Positions 46,748 to 61,400 of a stretch of 64,000 bases of DNA are shown in pieces; position 1 is the stretch's first letter, and every line of letters begins with the position of its first letter. The notes under the pieces were generated by a model. That model was not told where the DNA came from. It made no database searches and saw nothing but the letters and a program-made list of their open reading frames with translations. The stretch covers positions 744,001 to 808,000 of the forward strand of contig JAQGDQ010000008.1 of the NCBI GenBank assembly GCA_030141605.1, given 5' to 3'. The stretch is from Tubiluchus corallicola (Eukaryota > Animalia > Priapulida). The translations under genes were made by a program, and so were the position numbers.

Positions 46748-49700
46748 CCTTCTCTCTCTCCTCCCTCTCCCCCTTTCCCCCCACCTCTCTCTCTCTCTCT
46801 GCCTCTTTTGTTCATTTTCTTTCTGTTGTCCTTTAGTTATCTACAGCACTTCGACTAATGAATATCAAAAATCAGAATCAGTTAAAGTGACGCAATGTTT
46901 AAAGGGTTAACCTTGTTTTTTTTAATCTTTTTTTGGAAACTTATTTAGAAAAACATTTTGTTTTGACACTTTGTTGCTACAATTTCAGGTTTTTTATGAG
47001 ATTGCTTTCTGAAAGTAATTTGCATTGTATCATTTGCTGCATATTATCACTTCAACTTCAACTGATAAATAATAAATAATAATTATAAATATATAAAAGT
47101 TTAATGAATGATAATTATAAAAATGAAAACACCAAGGCTTTGCGAGCCGCACAGATTTGCTGATATCTTGAGGGGTCAAGATTTGCCCAATAAATTATGC
47201 TCATTCGGAAGATTTTTTACAGGTTCTTTTGTGGCATGACCATAACCTAGTTCGTTATCGAGATGATCCTCTGAGATGAATTACTGAACTTGCAGAGATG
47301 TCACAGTCACATTGCATGTACATCTTCTCTAAGCACCAAGAAATAATTGGGATCACAGCAAAAGTAACTGCCCAAAAGAGAAATTATTTAGCGGTCTCCA
47401 AACAAATCAGTCGTCAGTCTTAACTTTGGTTAAAATAATCTACTTTTTATTGGGTATTATCTAAAAAGATTTTTTTACATTTTCTGTGAATTTTATTTTC
47501 TATGAAATGACTGTTTTGGAAAACAAATTTCCGGGAAATGGCAATTATCTTTTCTGTGAAGTCAATTTTTCTGGCAAAAACTTTTTTGAGTAATGAGTCT
47601 ACCCCCAAAATAGGTGGAAATTCGAGTATCACGAGGTTCTAGTTATGACGTCAAAAAGATGGCTGCCATTTGACCAAAATGAACGGGTATTTGACCTACC
47701 AGAATAGTGAAAAATCGCTCATATTAACCTAAAGGCATAAAACTTTGCACAATGCTAGAATCCATTAAGGTGATTAATTTGGCTATGGAGTCAATGAAAA
47801 GTCACCCAAAAAATGGTCGTAGTTTCTAAGATGGCTATTGCTAGCTTATAAGGGCCATCTTGAAAACTCAGACATATTGGATGACTTTCAGTTGACTTCA
47901 AAACCAAAATGAGTCTTCTTAATGGGTTCGAGCTCTTTGCAAAGTCTCATATTTTTAAGTCAAAATGAGCAATTTTTTGCTCATTCTTAAGCTATCTTTT
48001 TTAACGCCATTGTTAGACCTTTTGTGATGTTCCAGTTTCAGCCTACTTTTGATACGTTATTCTCTGAACCAAGTACTACAAGAAAACACCATAAGTCATT
48101 TTCTTGTCAGCACAGTTCAGGTTATAAGTGCAAACTAAATTTTTTTGTGGACTAACATTTGGTGTACCAGACAGACTTATATGAAGCTACCTGTAGCACT
48201 GGAATTCTCATTTCAAGCCTCTGTGCTTAGATGCCTCTTTTCTGACATCGTCCTGGCTTATAGTTATTTATAATCTGGCCGAGCTGAGAGGAATATAGCG
48301 CCAGGAAAACGGGTGATAATTACTACATGGTTATGGTAAACATGGGTTTGTGTGTGTGAGTTTTTGATCAATGCAGCAGCAGCAGTATAGTGGTGGTGGG
48401 CTTCACTGACGCTTCAGTCAGTTAAGCTTGTGAACTGAAATATGCCGCACATGTGCTTGTCGCTGAGGCCCCAGCGTGGGCTTCGTCTACTGAAATTAAT
48501 TGAAAAACACAGCCATTTCATCTCGCTTTACAAGCGCCTTATTATCGACGTTGCCGCTAAGTTATATGTTACTGGATATACAGACGCCTCCAGATTTGCA
48601 CTGCTTCATTAAACTGATGATATGCTGCTGAAGCAATATCATAATAGCTGCAACAGATGGATGTTGGACAGAGCAAGAGAAATAAAATGTTAGTGTTTGA
48701 TCTCAAGGACGTGTTTACCTTGTGTCTTCCGCACATGTAAAATGATTTAAAGGATAAGCCAGCTAGAATCCGCGTACATAAGATGATTTAAAGAACCGAC
48801 TTGATATAATCTACATACTTGAAGATGACTTGAAGAATTGATTTGAGCGTTCATAACCTTCTTGGATGAATGTCAAAGTGAGGTTTATAATCATGTGAAT
48901 TATATTGATCGATCACTGAACGGGATTTTTGGCTTTCTGTTTTTCGGCATGAGTTGTGTGTAATGAAGTCCTTAAAAATCACAAGTAAAGTATTACTGTT
49001 CTTTTATGGCTGAAAATCATTACAGACGATTATGTGGTTTCCTTTGCTATCTAAAGGTAATTTTTTCTTGCACTTTTTTCTGTAAGACACATTCAGTTAC
49101 GATACTGCTGCAGTTGGCAGCCTTTTTGTTGCATTCTCATTGGTAAGATATATATAACTTAACGAGTGGTATTTTTATGTCTCTTTACTGATTCAGCCAA
49201 ATGAACATTTTATTAAAATTTTATCAGTTATTCTGTAATAGGATTGTGTACTTTCGGTTGTCATGCATTAAGATTTCAAAGTTTGTGTTTCGAATTGAAT
49301 TTGGTAAAAACTCATTTAAATTATGTTAGCATAATAATGGTAAAATGTATACTATAATATTTGTTTTCAAACCTATTTTTGAATGGCGAATAGATTGGCC
49401 GTTTTTCCATAGTTCAAATTTAAGACTAGGCCATACGAAATTTTTGGTAATTTGGGTAATTTGAGGGTTTTCAGCAAAGGTGATGCTAATTCATTAGAGA
49501 TTCTGCTGATCTTGGAAACACATTGTAATGTATTGGAAGAAAAGAAATGCTAATCGAGATATTTTCAACTATGTTTTTCAAACTACCACTTGGTTGAACC
49601 ACAGTTTGCAAAAGATGTAGTGTGCTGTGCAAGTCATGTTGAACTGACCAGCTTCTTGAAACAAAAAACAGAATTTTGCACTCCTGACATGTGGGTTAGA

Positions 49701-52401
49701 TTAGATTTGGGCTAGATTAGATCAGATCAGATCAGACCAGCTGTCATGTCAGATTAAAGAGATGTAACTTGGCAAGTGTTTCTTTGCCACAGCACCTTTT
49801 TTACTGCCACAACATTGGGTGTCAACAAACTTAAACTTTACCGCCTAATTGTACCAAATGCTTTCAAGATTCGCTTTTCTCTGGAGGTAACAGATTTCCT
49901 AACTAGGTGTGCTGTTGTGACTGAAATGTTCCCTGAAATTCCTGCTTTAAGAAACTGTGTAAAGAAACCCCTGCACGTCTGTTTAAAAAAAATAAGTTCT
50001 GTCACAGCTCAGATTACACATGTTATACCAGGATAGTGTATTTACACAGTAGTCTGTGATTATGCCTGCCACTGTGCTTTTGTACTATGTCTTTTAGAGC
50101 TCTATTTTTTCACAGATAGACACAAGATTCATCATTTGTCCTTTCTTCCACTCATTTAAGGAGATGGTCTTAGACTACCAGTAATATTAGGCACCGAATA
50201 AAGCATCAGCAGAATAATTAAAATTGTTTTATTGTTTTCACTTTTTTATTTCAGTTTTTGTGCACTCTTGACCCTTGTACATCATGAATGTCTTGAAAAA
50301 ACAGGTCTCAAATTTGAGTCCAATTCTGAAGTTTTGAAATTCAGTCTTAAATATTAATTCTGCTAATTTTGTTTTAACATTGAAATTGTAACGACTTTGT
50401 TTTTCATACATGATGTGCACAAGTGAGCATTTGGTATTTAGATTAGAATTGAAGGGGTGTTTTTAATTTCATTCCAATCGAATTGAGGGTTATGAAGAAT
50501 TCAACAGTTCGATTACATTTCTTTGTCATTAAAACATTTGAAACATCATGCAATCAGTACACTTTAGCTGTGATCTCTGTGCACAATTTTTTAACAACTA
50601 CTGAAACCAATTCGATGCAAGTTTGAAAACCAAAAGTGCTATTTGATTTGAATTTCATTTCTGATAGTTTATGCACCCACCAAATAGTTTGCCGTCTGAG
50701 TTATATTCTTAGTTGAAGTAATGATGGCTAGAATCTCAAATTTGAACCAAACACAAAATGTTTTATCAGATTTCTTGATTTTTCTTTAAAAATCCTCACT
50801 GTGTCTTTGTATTTATTTAAGCTTCATATATGTAAATGCTCGGAAAGCATGTTTCACTTTTATGGTTCATCCCATGGCAAACTTTACATTTATGCACTTC
50901 TCTATATTTTCTGATTTTATTCATCCCTCGAGCTACAGAGAGAGAAAGAGAGTTTTTCGTGATGATTTTGTTATCATTATATTAAGCATCTTGTTTTTTG
51001 CGGCAGTAACGGTTCTGATATTGATCGAAAAATAGAAATACACATCGAATAAATATTTTATTTTCCACTTGTTGTTATGGATTTAATCAGAAAACTGAAT
51101 ATTTGAACAAGCCACTTCATGAAAGATTAGTCCGTTGCGTAAACTTTCTACACTGTGATGCTTAATTAGCATTCACATTTCAGACATGCATCGACCCCCT
51201 GCAGCTGGGAAACTTTTGCGATAAATTTAATTAATTTCGAGAAACATTCGTTTTACACGTTTCGCTTTCGTGTTACAGAAAGTACTAGAATTTGAGAATA
51301 GACATTGTGACATCAGTTGTTAGAAAAATTCAGTTGATTTGCATTAATTAATTACTAGCCAAACCCCGCAAAAGAATTTTGCGCATAAACTCACAACAAC
51401 AACCCACACCACACCAACCTGCCACACCACTCAAAATACACCATACCATATCGCCCATATCATACTGCAACACCACGTACACCATATCACAACACGACAC
51501 CACCCACTCAACACCACACCCACCAAACCACACCACACAACCACCCACCACCACACCACACAACACCCACCACATCACGCGGTGATCATGATGTTGATGG
51601 CGATGATGACACCTACAGCACCAGCACCAACAGTATAGTATCACAGCAAAACCATTCAGAACATTTTGCACAATGTCGAAACTGTGTGCTATAATAAATG
51701 CTCTTAGTCTCCCTGCCAATGATCAATAATGCATGGGCATTCTACATAGTTTTGTTTGCTGCTTCTCAGATGATAATAGGCTAACACAATTTACTTACAT
51801 GTAAAATCTACAACACAGTAGAACGGCGGTTGACAACAATGCCTGAAACAGCCGCGAAATTGATCAAACTCAAAGACAATGGATATTCCAAATAGCGTGC
51901 AGCTTAGGGGGGTTGAAAAAGAACCTTGAAATACACCCTTCCCGTTTCGTCTACTGGACATTTCTCCTAATGAAACCTTCGGCATTTTGTAGACCGTTTC
52001 GTCCTCTTTCTGTGAGTGTGCTTATTTTTTCCCAACATGCCCAAACAGTTTCACAAATTGAGTTTTTCTAGAGGGTGGTTAAGCAGTTTTTTGCAAAATT
52101 TGCGTGGTTGGGTCCGGGAAGATGCAGTGGCCCTCCCGTGAATTCTACACCCACCGCTGAACGGGTTATCTAATCCATAGCCAACACCAACACCGGTCGA
52201 TTCTCGTTCTTCAGAAATAAGAGGTATACGTTTTGCAAAAATCGACCGAAAATTTACCATTTTTGGAGGTTTTTCGCCCCCTGTTCCTCCCGATGGGCCC
52301 GATTCGAAAAATAAACCCTAATGGCACGACACTAGATGGAGACCTTTCGTTTGATATATAAATCGCCGCAAATGGTGCCACCGTCGAAGCTGTAGCCTCG
52401 A

Positions 52402-52433
<32 letters not shown>

Positions 52434-55400
52434 ACTTACCAGCGAAATTAATATGTACGATATTAGTAACAATTCGCCACCCTTTCACAAAAATCAATAG
52501 TCACTTTTGCACTTTGTAATATTATTGAACAGAATTTGTAATGTTGTTGTACAGAATTATAAATCACTTAATTATGCATTTTGCTATTACATGTATAAAA
52601 ATGGTGATAAACTTTCTTACTTACTTGATCCAGTTTGCTGATGTTTTGATCAGCTAAAATGTATTACATCATGGGGTAGGACTTCTTACACTTGTATAGG
52701 GTGCTTCGGGTATGAATCTTACGAGCCATTCGTGTCCTACTAAATAAGGCAGTATCCACTTTTGCCGTGCATCTAGTTATTTGACTAGAGCCATTGACAG
52801 ACTAGTAGTAAGAAAACATCGTACATTACCTTATGCACACACGCACGCGTGATGTATGGAATATTGTCTTTGCAGGGGAATTTTTAGTGCATCATTCTTA
52901 TTTCTTGTTTCTACCAAATACTTAGTCCACTTCTGTATGAATAGTTTTCCCAAGAAAATGAATAAAACTTGGTATACAGGTAGACAGTTGCAGCTCTTGT
53001 AAAATTGATAAAATTCATCTTGGCTAACGATGAAATGTTACAACTGCCGGCTGATTTGCATTTATCACCTGATAGTTGCTAGAGCATAATTCCGGTACAG
53101 CTTCCAGTAAATGTAGAAACATTTTATAGCATTTCTTTATTCTCAAGAAAATTTCCTAATACCGACGACGTTTTTCTGATTTCAGTTTCACGAGATCACG
53201 CATTTTAACTATCCGTTGACAGGACTAATAATACAATGAATATTGTGCATTGGGATTTCCAATTGTTTTAATGTGATGCTTATGATAATGATCATACTAA
53301 TTTTCAATTTTGTAAACGGAAGCAATCCACGCAAAAGTAATTCTTAGTGAGCGAAATCGAAGCAATTACTCCTAATAGGAAATAGAAAGACACAGCATTT
53401 TAGTCCACCACTGTAGATTGTCTTCTTGAGAAAAGGAATAGAATAAAAATGCAAAAAACTTCACTAAAAAGTAACTCAAAAGTAATAAAAAGCCTTTTCC
53501 CCTTTATAATGATCTTTTGTCCATTTTTAGTCATTTAACTTGAAAATGGTCACAGTGAAACACGCTTGTCTTTTCGTTTCTTCAGGTGAAATTTTTTATT
53601 AAAGAATAGTTCACCTTTAATTACTTTTTTCTTGTGTTGCTTTTCACGTTCAAAGAGCAAGAAGCACTATGTGAAATCTTCAAAGTGCAACATAATCTCA
53701 ATTAGCTATGTGGGGCTTTTGGTTCGTAGTTACATAAACAAATATTTCTTTGTTTTGTTATGGCATTTGTGTAGTCATCACTAGCTAACATCATGAATTT
53801 AATTATAACAGTTAAAACAGAACTTGGGCACTGACATTATTTTGTAATAATGACAAGATAATACAAAATATCCAGTTGATATAAAACTAAAAATTTGTTA
53901 AACCACGAAAAGGCATTTTCCAAGAAATAAACGATTTTACAAAAGTGTTTCATACAATTTACTGTAGCAACACGAAAACTTGAAAATGCATTGCAACTAA
54001 TAACACCCATCAGTAGATTGAAGATGGTAACTTATTTAGACAGAGAAGCTTTAGATTGGCAAGTTTAATTTCTTTTCAGTCAAACCTTAGTTAACAAGTG
54101 AATTCCATAAGTCAGTGAGCCACTTCTAATGCTGAAGATTCTACCCTGTGACGTACTTCTGCAAGAATTAGAAGTATTCCTGCTTGTTGTTTATTTGATA
54201 GCCATCAAAGACTGCCTAAAGTTTATTTACAGAGACAAATAGTTTGATTTAGATGGTGCATTATTATGACGAGTACATAAACCAGACGCCATCTTAAACG
54301 CAGACTGAACTTCTGGGCGCTGTATACTTTTTGTTTAGGGGGACGTTTTTTCTTTTAGTTTTCTGGAATCTATTTGCGCAGTCGACAAATAACTTAAATT
54401 TGTTCTTTTGGAAGTTAATTAATTAACCGTAATTTCCGGTATCAAATAAACAACAAACAGGAATATTTCTAATTCTTGCAGCAGTACGTCGCAGGATAGA
54501 ATCTTGAGCATTTTGTAATTTCGAGCTGACTTAGTGATGTAATTTCTATGCTAGTTATCAAGATTTTATGCAGCCCTTTTGTTGTAAGAAAATTCTCGTA
54601 AGTTTCGACACACTGCAGAAGCACGTTACATGAGTCTGCTCGTACTTTTCCTATGATAATAAAATATAGAAAAGTAAGGTTTTGCTGATTATAGGTTTAT
54701 TAGAATGTAAATTTTATTTTGTGTTTATAGTATGAAGTAATCAGGCATTTTAACTAATTTCTACAGGATTGATTAGGGTAATGTCTTTAGCGATAATTGT
54801 TGTTTTTTGCCAGTTCTTCCCAGTACTGAGAGAGTTTGATGAAATCCAAATTCCGTTTTCCATTTAAAAGCTTTGTGATGTGTGCCATCTTTTGACATTA
54901 AACAAACTTATTTTTATTGACTAATGCTAGGATTCGCAGCTGAGAGAGTCATGATTCATGAATTCTGCTATTACAAGCTGAAGCCATAACGTGTTTGGTA
55001 TTCACAGTTCACATTACCACAAATTGAAACTGGATTCAACGTCATCCATTAGGAAAATTTAAATTACATGTAAAAATTATCTGTCTTTTTCCTGTGTTAT
55101 TTAAATAATCATCTTCACTTACCCACATAATCATATTAGTGTACATATCAGGAAAGGTGGAGTGGGTGAACATTAGCAATTGCTAAAAGTCAAACAGTTC
55201 GCTGAAAACGATGATTAATGAAGATTTCTTTTTTGTTTTAGGGAAAATCATTTTAAATGCATCCCCTCTCGGGGCTAAGATAAAAGATGAGCACGAAACT
55301 GTTGTGGCTTCTTCGTAAGTTTCTTTGTTTATAACTTTTTAATAAGATTTTTATGTATAACAGCTTTATTAGTAGCAATATCTTTGGGCACAATATTTCT

Positions 55401-58400
55401 TGGCAGTCAGTGGCGTATTCTGTTTAGAGGCAAGATTTTGTTACAGGCACAGAATTGAAAACGATCTTATTCGTTTATTGAATTATGTTGTCATGTGTTA
55501 ACTCATTGCTTGCTCATCCATTTTTGATGGAAAGTTGACAAACAGCAGCAAAGCAGGTGTTGATTAACTTACACCTGATGGATGTGCTAAGTGACATTTA
55601 AGCTACTATATTAAAAAAAGTTGTGCAATGCAAGAATTTAAATACTAAAGAAAACTAGTGCTAGTGAACAACTTTATGGGTACGTGCGGGTGATTGGCTA
55701 ATGAAAGCCATTGTCGTTATTTCAGTACATAAAATGAATAACAATAATAATGATATTTTACTGACCTCGGAAACAATATTAAGAAAGTTATTATCATTCT
55801 AGTAAATTAACTTCATCAACTTATCGTTATCTCATTGGTAAGCAAAAAAATGCTTATCACTCCACTACAGTTATTTTTTGTTGTAAGGTTGGCATTATAA
55901 TTATGTTTTGATTATTAACAACAAATTCTTTTTTCTTGATAGTACATATTAAATTAACAAACTTTACATTTTGACATTACATGTATTTTATATTGAGCTA
56001 AGGAGACCCCAGGACAGATCCTTCCTTAATGCCCTTATTCTGGGTTTAATGTTTATAACATGAACATGTCCAGAACGGTCACTCAAAATTATTCATAAAT
56101 TGAAGCTGAAACGCAGGCAGTGTGTTGTTAGCTGGTTATCACGGATGGCGAATTAATTATCGTTTACATTAATGGATTACTTTCAGTTCGCTGGCTGACG
56201 ACCTGGCAATTAGTGACCTGAGCGAGAATGAATTACCGTCATCTTCTCGAGATATGCAAGCCTTGCCTGGAAAGGATAGGTAATAATTCATTTCACATTA
56301 ACTGTCTTCTAGAAGATTTCCTGCTTTTAGCATCTATGAATTTCTTGCACGAGACTTTCTACAAACCAACCCTTTCTTCTCTTTTTACCTTTTTATTAAA
56401 TTTTTCAAGCAAAACAGTTAATATTTTTACTTTTAAATTTGGAATTATTTTTAAACTAGCCTAACCCCGTAAAAAGAATTTTGCTCACAAATGAATATAA
56501 AACCCATACCACCCGACCACATTACCCACATGACACCTCCTACACCACACTTGCCTCACCACGCACAGCACACAACCCTCACCACATCACACCACAACAC
56601 CCACACACCACACCATCCACCCACGCCACTCCCACCAACCATGCCCACTGCCATACCAATCACGCCATACCACACAACACCAAACCCACCACATCACATG
56701 GTGATTATAATGATGACATTGGTGATGATGGTGACAACGAAGAAGACACCTACAACATCAACACCAACAACACAGCAGCATAGCGAAACCATGCAAAACA
56801 TTTTGCACCAAGTTGAAATTGCATGTTATGATAAATGCTATTAGACCCATCCACCAATGATTAATAATGCAGGCACATTCTACATAGTGTTTGCAAACTG
56901 CTCCTTTTGATCATAATAAAGTACTATTATAACACCCAGCAGCAGCTTTTACTGAAGCAAAATTATAGGCAGGGTACAAAGGTTGACGTCAGAACAATGG
57001 TTTTGCATCAGCAGTTTTCTAAGCGAGAAGCGCCCAAAATGGAATCTCCAATCAACTCGTTGCAGCTCCTTTTGGTGGAGACATCCTAAAATGTGACCCA
57101 CATCGTCGTGTAGCCCCATTCCTCCTCTTTCCAAAGAGCTATATATCTCCTTCCAAGAGTCCCACCAGAAGCTAGAATGTTTTTTATAGAGGGCATTTGG
57201 TCAAAATTTCGAAGAAAATGGGGAGATAGGCTCATTGCGAGACGCCGTGGTCCTCTCGCAAATTCTAAATATGCCTAATATACCCACCAATGAATAGGCT
57301 ATCTAACCATAACTGGCACCGTGCCTGGCACATTCCCATTCTCCAGAAACAAGAGGTATAAGTTTTGCAAAAAACAGGTGAAAAGGGCCATTTTTGGAGG
57401 TTTTTCGCTCCCCCCTTTCCTCACGGTGGGCTGGTTATTCAAAAAATAAACCATCAGTGAAATGACACTAGATCAAGAATTTTCGTCGTTTGACATATTG
57501 ATCGCCGTGAATGGTGCCGTCGTCGGAGCTATAGCATGGAATCTTATATATATATAAGCCCCATACCGTCGAAATTAATATATAGAGATATTAATAAAAC
57601 AGACGAAGTATATAGTCACACAGAAATGTCAACATGTTTTCTGCATTCAAATAATATGTGAACAAGAAGAAAGCACTACTAAGTATAATGGCTGGAAACC
57701 TGGCAATGTCTAATTTAATTGGAAACTGATCTTTGCAAGATGATTGATGTAATGAGCATTTAATTACCAGAATGCATTGCGTCATGTGGCCTATTTATTT
57801 TTAAGTTAAAATTTTTAATGCGGCACTACATGACTCATCGGCAGTCTTGCAAAGATCACTCCTTAATCTACTCATCCAATGCACATGACTGTTTTTGGCA
57901 TTGTATGTGTGCCTGGAATCTTTAGCACTTTACATAAGAATAGTTGCTGAAGCATTTTTATTTGCATTTTCATTTGTCCTGATTATGTGTGGTTATGATT
58001 TTTAAGTTATTAAATGCACACAACATGTTGATCACATTGATAATCCTTATGTGTTTGTTTAATGTAAACAAAGAGGAAGGGCTTTCTGAGGTAGAGTTTT
58101 ACATGTATCAAACTCATGTAAAATTAGTACCCACATGTGCTAATGTCATGAAAATGCATATGAAATGTAAATGCTGCTATTTGAAGACAAAATTTTTGCC
58201 AAATTATTTGTTAGATAACCCAACATGCTCGATTATATTATTCTTACTCTAAAGAAAAAAGTGTACTTGCTTGGCTAATTTGTAGCTGCTGTAAAAATAA
58301 TGTTAAAGACATTTAAATTATCAATTGTTTTGTGAAGTGTAATTACAATTGCAACTAGTTGTTTGCTTCATTTAAAGCAGTGAAGTGCCAATGGTGTACT

Positions 58401-61400
58401 GGAAAACAATGTGTTTTTATAGACCTTTGTGAACTGTTTCGAGTGGACTCAGCACCCATTATCAGTGAGCTTTGAATGAAAATTTACTGATATGAATGCA
58501 GTTTGAAAGAAAAAGTGTGATAAAATAATAACTGTGCCAGCAAAATTTTATCATAGTTTTTTCAAGTGTGCTTTACATTACAAAAGTTTTGTTCAAGGAT
58601 GACTGAAGGTGGGTTGTAGGTATCAAAACATTCATTGCAATCTTCAATTAAAAATATTGTTTTTGTTACATGGTGGTGCTTTTATTTTGATCATTCTTCG
58701 ACTGCTGCTTTCCATTCCTGGTGGCCAGCTCTATATTTATTTTGATCTTTTAAAACACACAGTGAATTAAGTGAGCACTCAAGAAAGTTTGTGAGTAAAG
58801 ATTTCAGAAACACCCATTTGGAAATGTATTAGAATAATTTCTCAGTAACTTCCAGCAGTTCCAGAACTTTAATTAGATACTTACTTTTTGACTGCTTACT
58901 TTTTGCAATAATCAATTTTTTATTTTTTCTGGGTGATTATTAATCAAAGTAATTTGTACATTCCGATGCTTCTTATGCAGTGACATTTTATTATGTCCAT
59001 AAAATCATTTCATAATTCATTTGAGGAATTGATGTAATTTTCCTCTGTGACTTGTAAAAAGACCATGAACGAGTGTTTTATGATTTGACGTGGAAAATAG
59101 CTCCTGTCTATGACTAATTCAATCACTGTAACCAACTGGTTATTGATCATAGTCGTAGCTGAAAACAAATTATCACCGAATGTCGCTGCACCGTAATGCA
59201 GATTGTATTAGCTTTGACAAATGGTTTTTGTCATCGTATGATATTGTATGTAATCGTTTAAGCTTTTTTGAAAGGACGACATTTAATATTTTAATATGTG
59301 GCTGCTACTTCATCGTTTGGCAAGACTGTAAGGCTTAATACAAATAGCAGGAAATCACTTTTGCACATTCTATAATGAAATTATAGAAAATTCAATAAAA
59401 AACTTTTACTACAAACCAAATGCAAAATTTATTTTACATGAGCTTTGTTATCTGCTACAGCATTTATCAAAATAGGAAAGAATTGTTCAGATGCAGTTAA
59501 TAAAAAGTTGAGAACATCCGTAGGGTGTATTAATAACTATCTAATCAAAATTAATGAAATACATACTTAGGGTTAAGATTAGATTGTACATGAATAAATT
59601 GCCTAATTCAAACAATGTGCTAGACATAGCTTTTGTGGTGGGTTGGTTTAAGTTAGTTCCAAACATTAGTTAAGACTTGGCTTTGGTTAACCTTTTTATG
59701 TTTTTGCTACCCAATTGTATTATATTTTTGTATTTGTACATCCTCTGAGTAACAATATTTAACCTGTGAACTTTAAAATAGTCAACAGTTTGCTATTGAA
59801 ATGTAACTGGAAATAAACAGTTGGTGTAAGTTCGACGGTGTAGATCATAAATGTATTTGCTCACTGAAAAGAGCAAAGTTCGTAGCTATAGAATTACGTG
59901 ATGAAGCAAATTTTTAAAATTCAGAATAGAAAGACAAGTGCCATTATATAGCTACTAATGTTCTTTGTACTTGTTCAAGGGCAAATCTAATGTTCCAAAT
60001 TATTTAATGGCATTTAATAATTAATTACTTTTTTCTAAATTAAATATGACATTGAAATTGTCGAGTATCGGTTTTCTTTTGCAAGTGGCGTGGACAGTTT
60101 GTGAAACGCGTATGCACGACTTACTCTCGTTTTGTTGCTGTTATGCTTTCCTGCGTTATTTAATTACATTCTGTGCAATCTTGCAAACGTTCCTGCCATT
60201 TTTGCTGACACAAACTGACTGGCTTCGTCAACGAATCTGTGATACATCAATAATGGAAGCGTACATTTACCAGAGAAGCCTTTAATTGCAGTGTATGTGC
60301 ATCAATGGGCTTCGTGAAAACGAGTTACTGTGTTATTGCCGCATAGCACACTCTAATGGAAAAATGAGAAAGTCTGGCGTTAGGGAAGGGCTTCGTCCAT
60401 TTGGGAAATCGACTGATGTTGCCTTGTTTCTACTAGCAAAATTACCCGTCTTACATCGGCATCTCAGACAGTGTTCTCAAGATCAGGCAACTAAGGCAAA
60501 ATTTTAATATGAGTAGGCTTGCATTGCCGCAGGTCACTGTTTTGTAATTTAGAAATGTCGAGACTTGCTCAAATATAACTAAGTCAGTTTAATCCACTGA
60601 CCCTGATTTACTGTGGCACAACAAACAGGTATTCCCTGCCAGTTTTTTCCAGTTTTTGCATAACGAAAATTGTTTTGTGATATATTCTCAACTGATGTAG
60701 TAAAGTCTTATAAATTGACAACTAAAATTATTGCAGAGAAGGGAAATTAACTTATACCAGTGTCACATCTTAGTATACTCATGTTAAATACATTCACCGC
60801 AACAAGGGCCTTATATAGTTTAGGACCTCCACTTCACCAATTACATTACCTTTGTATTTGGTCTCAAATGATAATTCACTGAGAACACAAATCATATAAA
60901 AACTTTTAAAGATTATTTCCATTTATATGTTATGTAAGGTAGTCATAATAATTAAAAACCTAAACACAAATGTCCAAAAAAGTTAGCATTTATAAAATTT
61001 ATTCTGCAAGTGGGCTAAAATGCAACAAAATGTATTTATGGCCGGCTCTGCCACATACCATGCTGTAGAGCTACATAGTCATTCTTGACGTTATGAAGAG
61101 AGGGAGGCCTTTTCAGCAGCTTCCCTGTCTTCAGCTTCAACAGGGTCCTGAAATTCTTCGATTTGTACTGAATTCTTGGATCTTAGATCAAGATTGAATT
61201 TTGCTAAGCCTTTACGTATAAATAATGCTGTAATCCAGGATGTACTGATACTCTGCTTTCATTTTGAAAGACTAGAAAATAACATCTTTGACCATCTTTT
61301 TTAATACTTTTGCGCGTTCTAACTTGCTTTGATTGACAGAAAAAATTGCTGTTTTTGATAATAGCCCTCAGCAAATATCTTTCATGCCTGTTGTTTATTT

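Noticed and set aside
46565-46858. Leu/Ser/Pro-rich and Glu/Arg-rich ORFs
   Set aside because: Translations of the (CT)n tract.
51348-56844. His/Thr/Pro-rich and Cys/Gly/Val-rich ORFs near 51350-51720 and 56480-56845
   Set aside because: Low-complexity (CACCA)n inside the Helitron copies.
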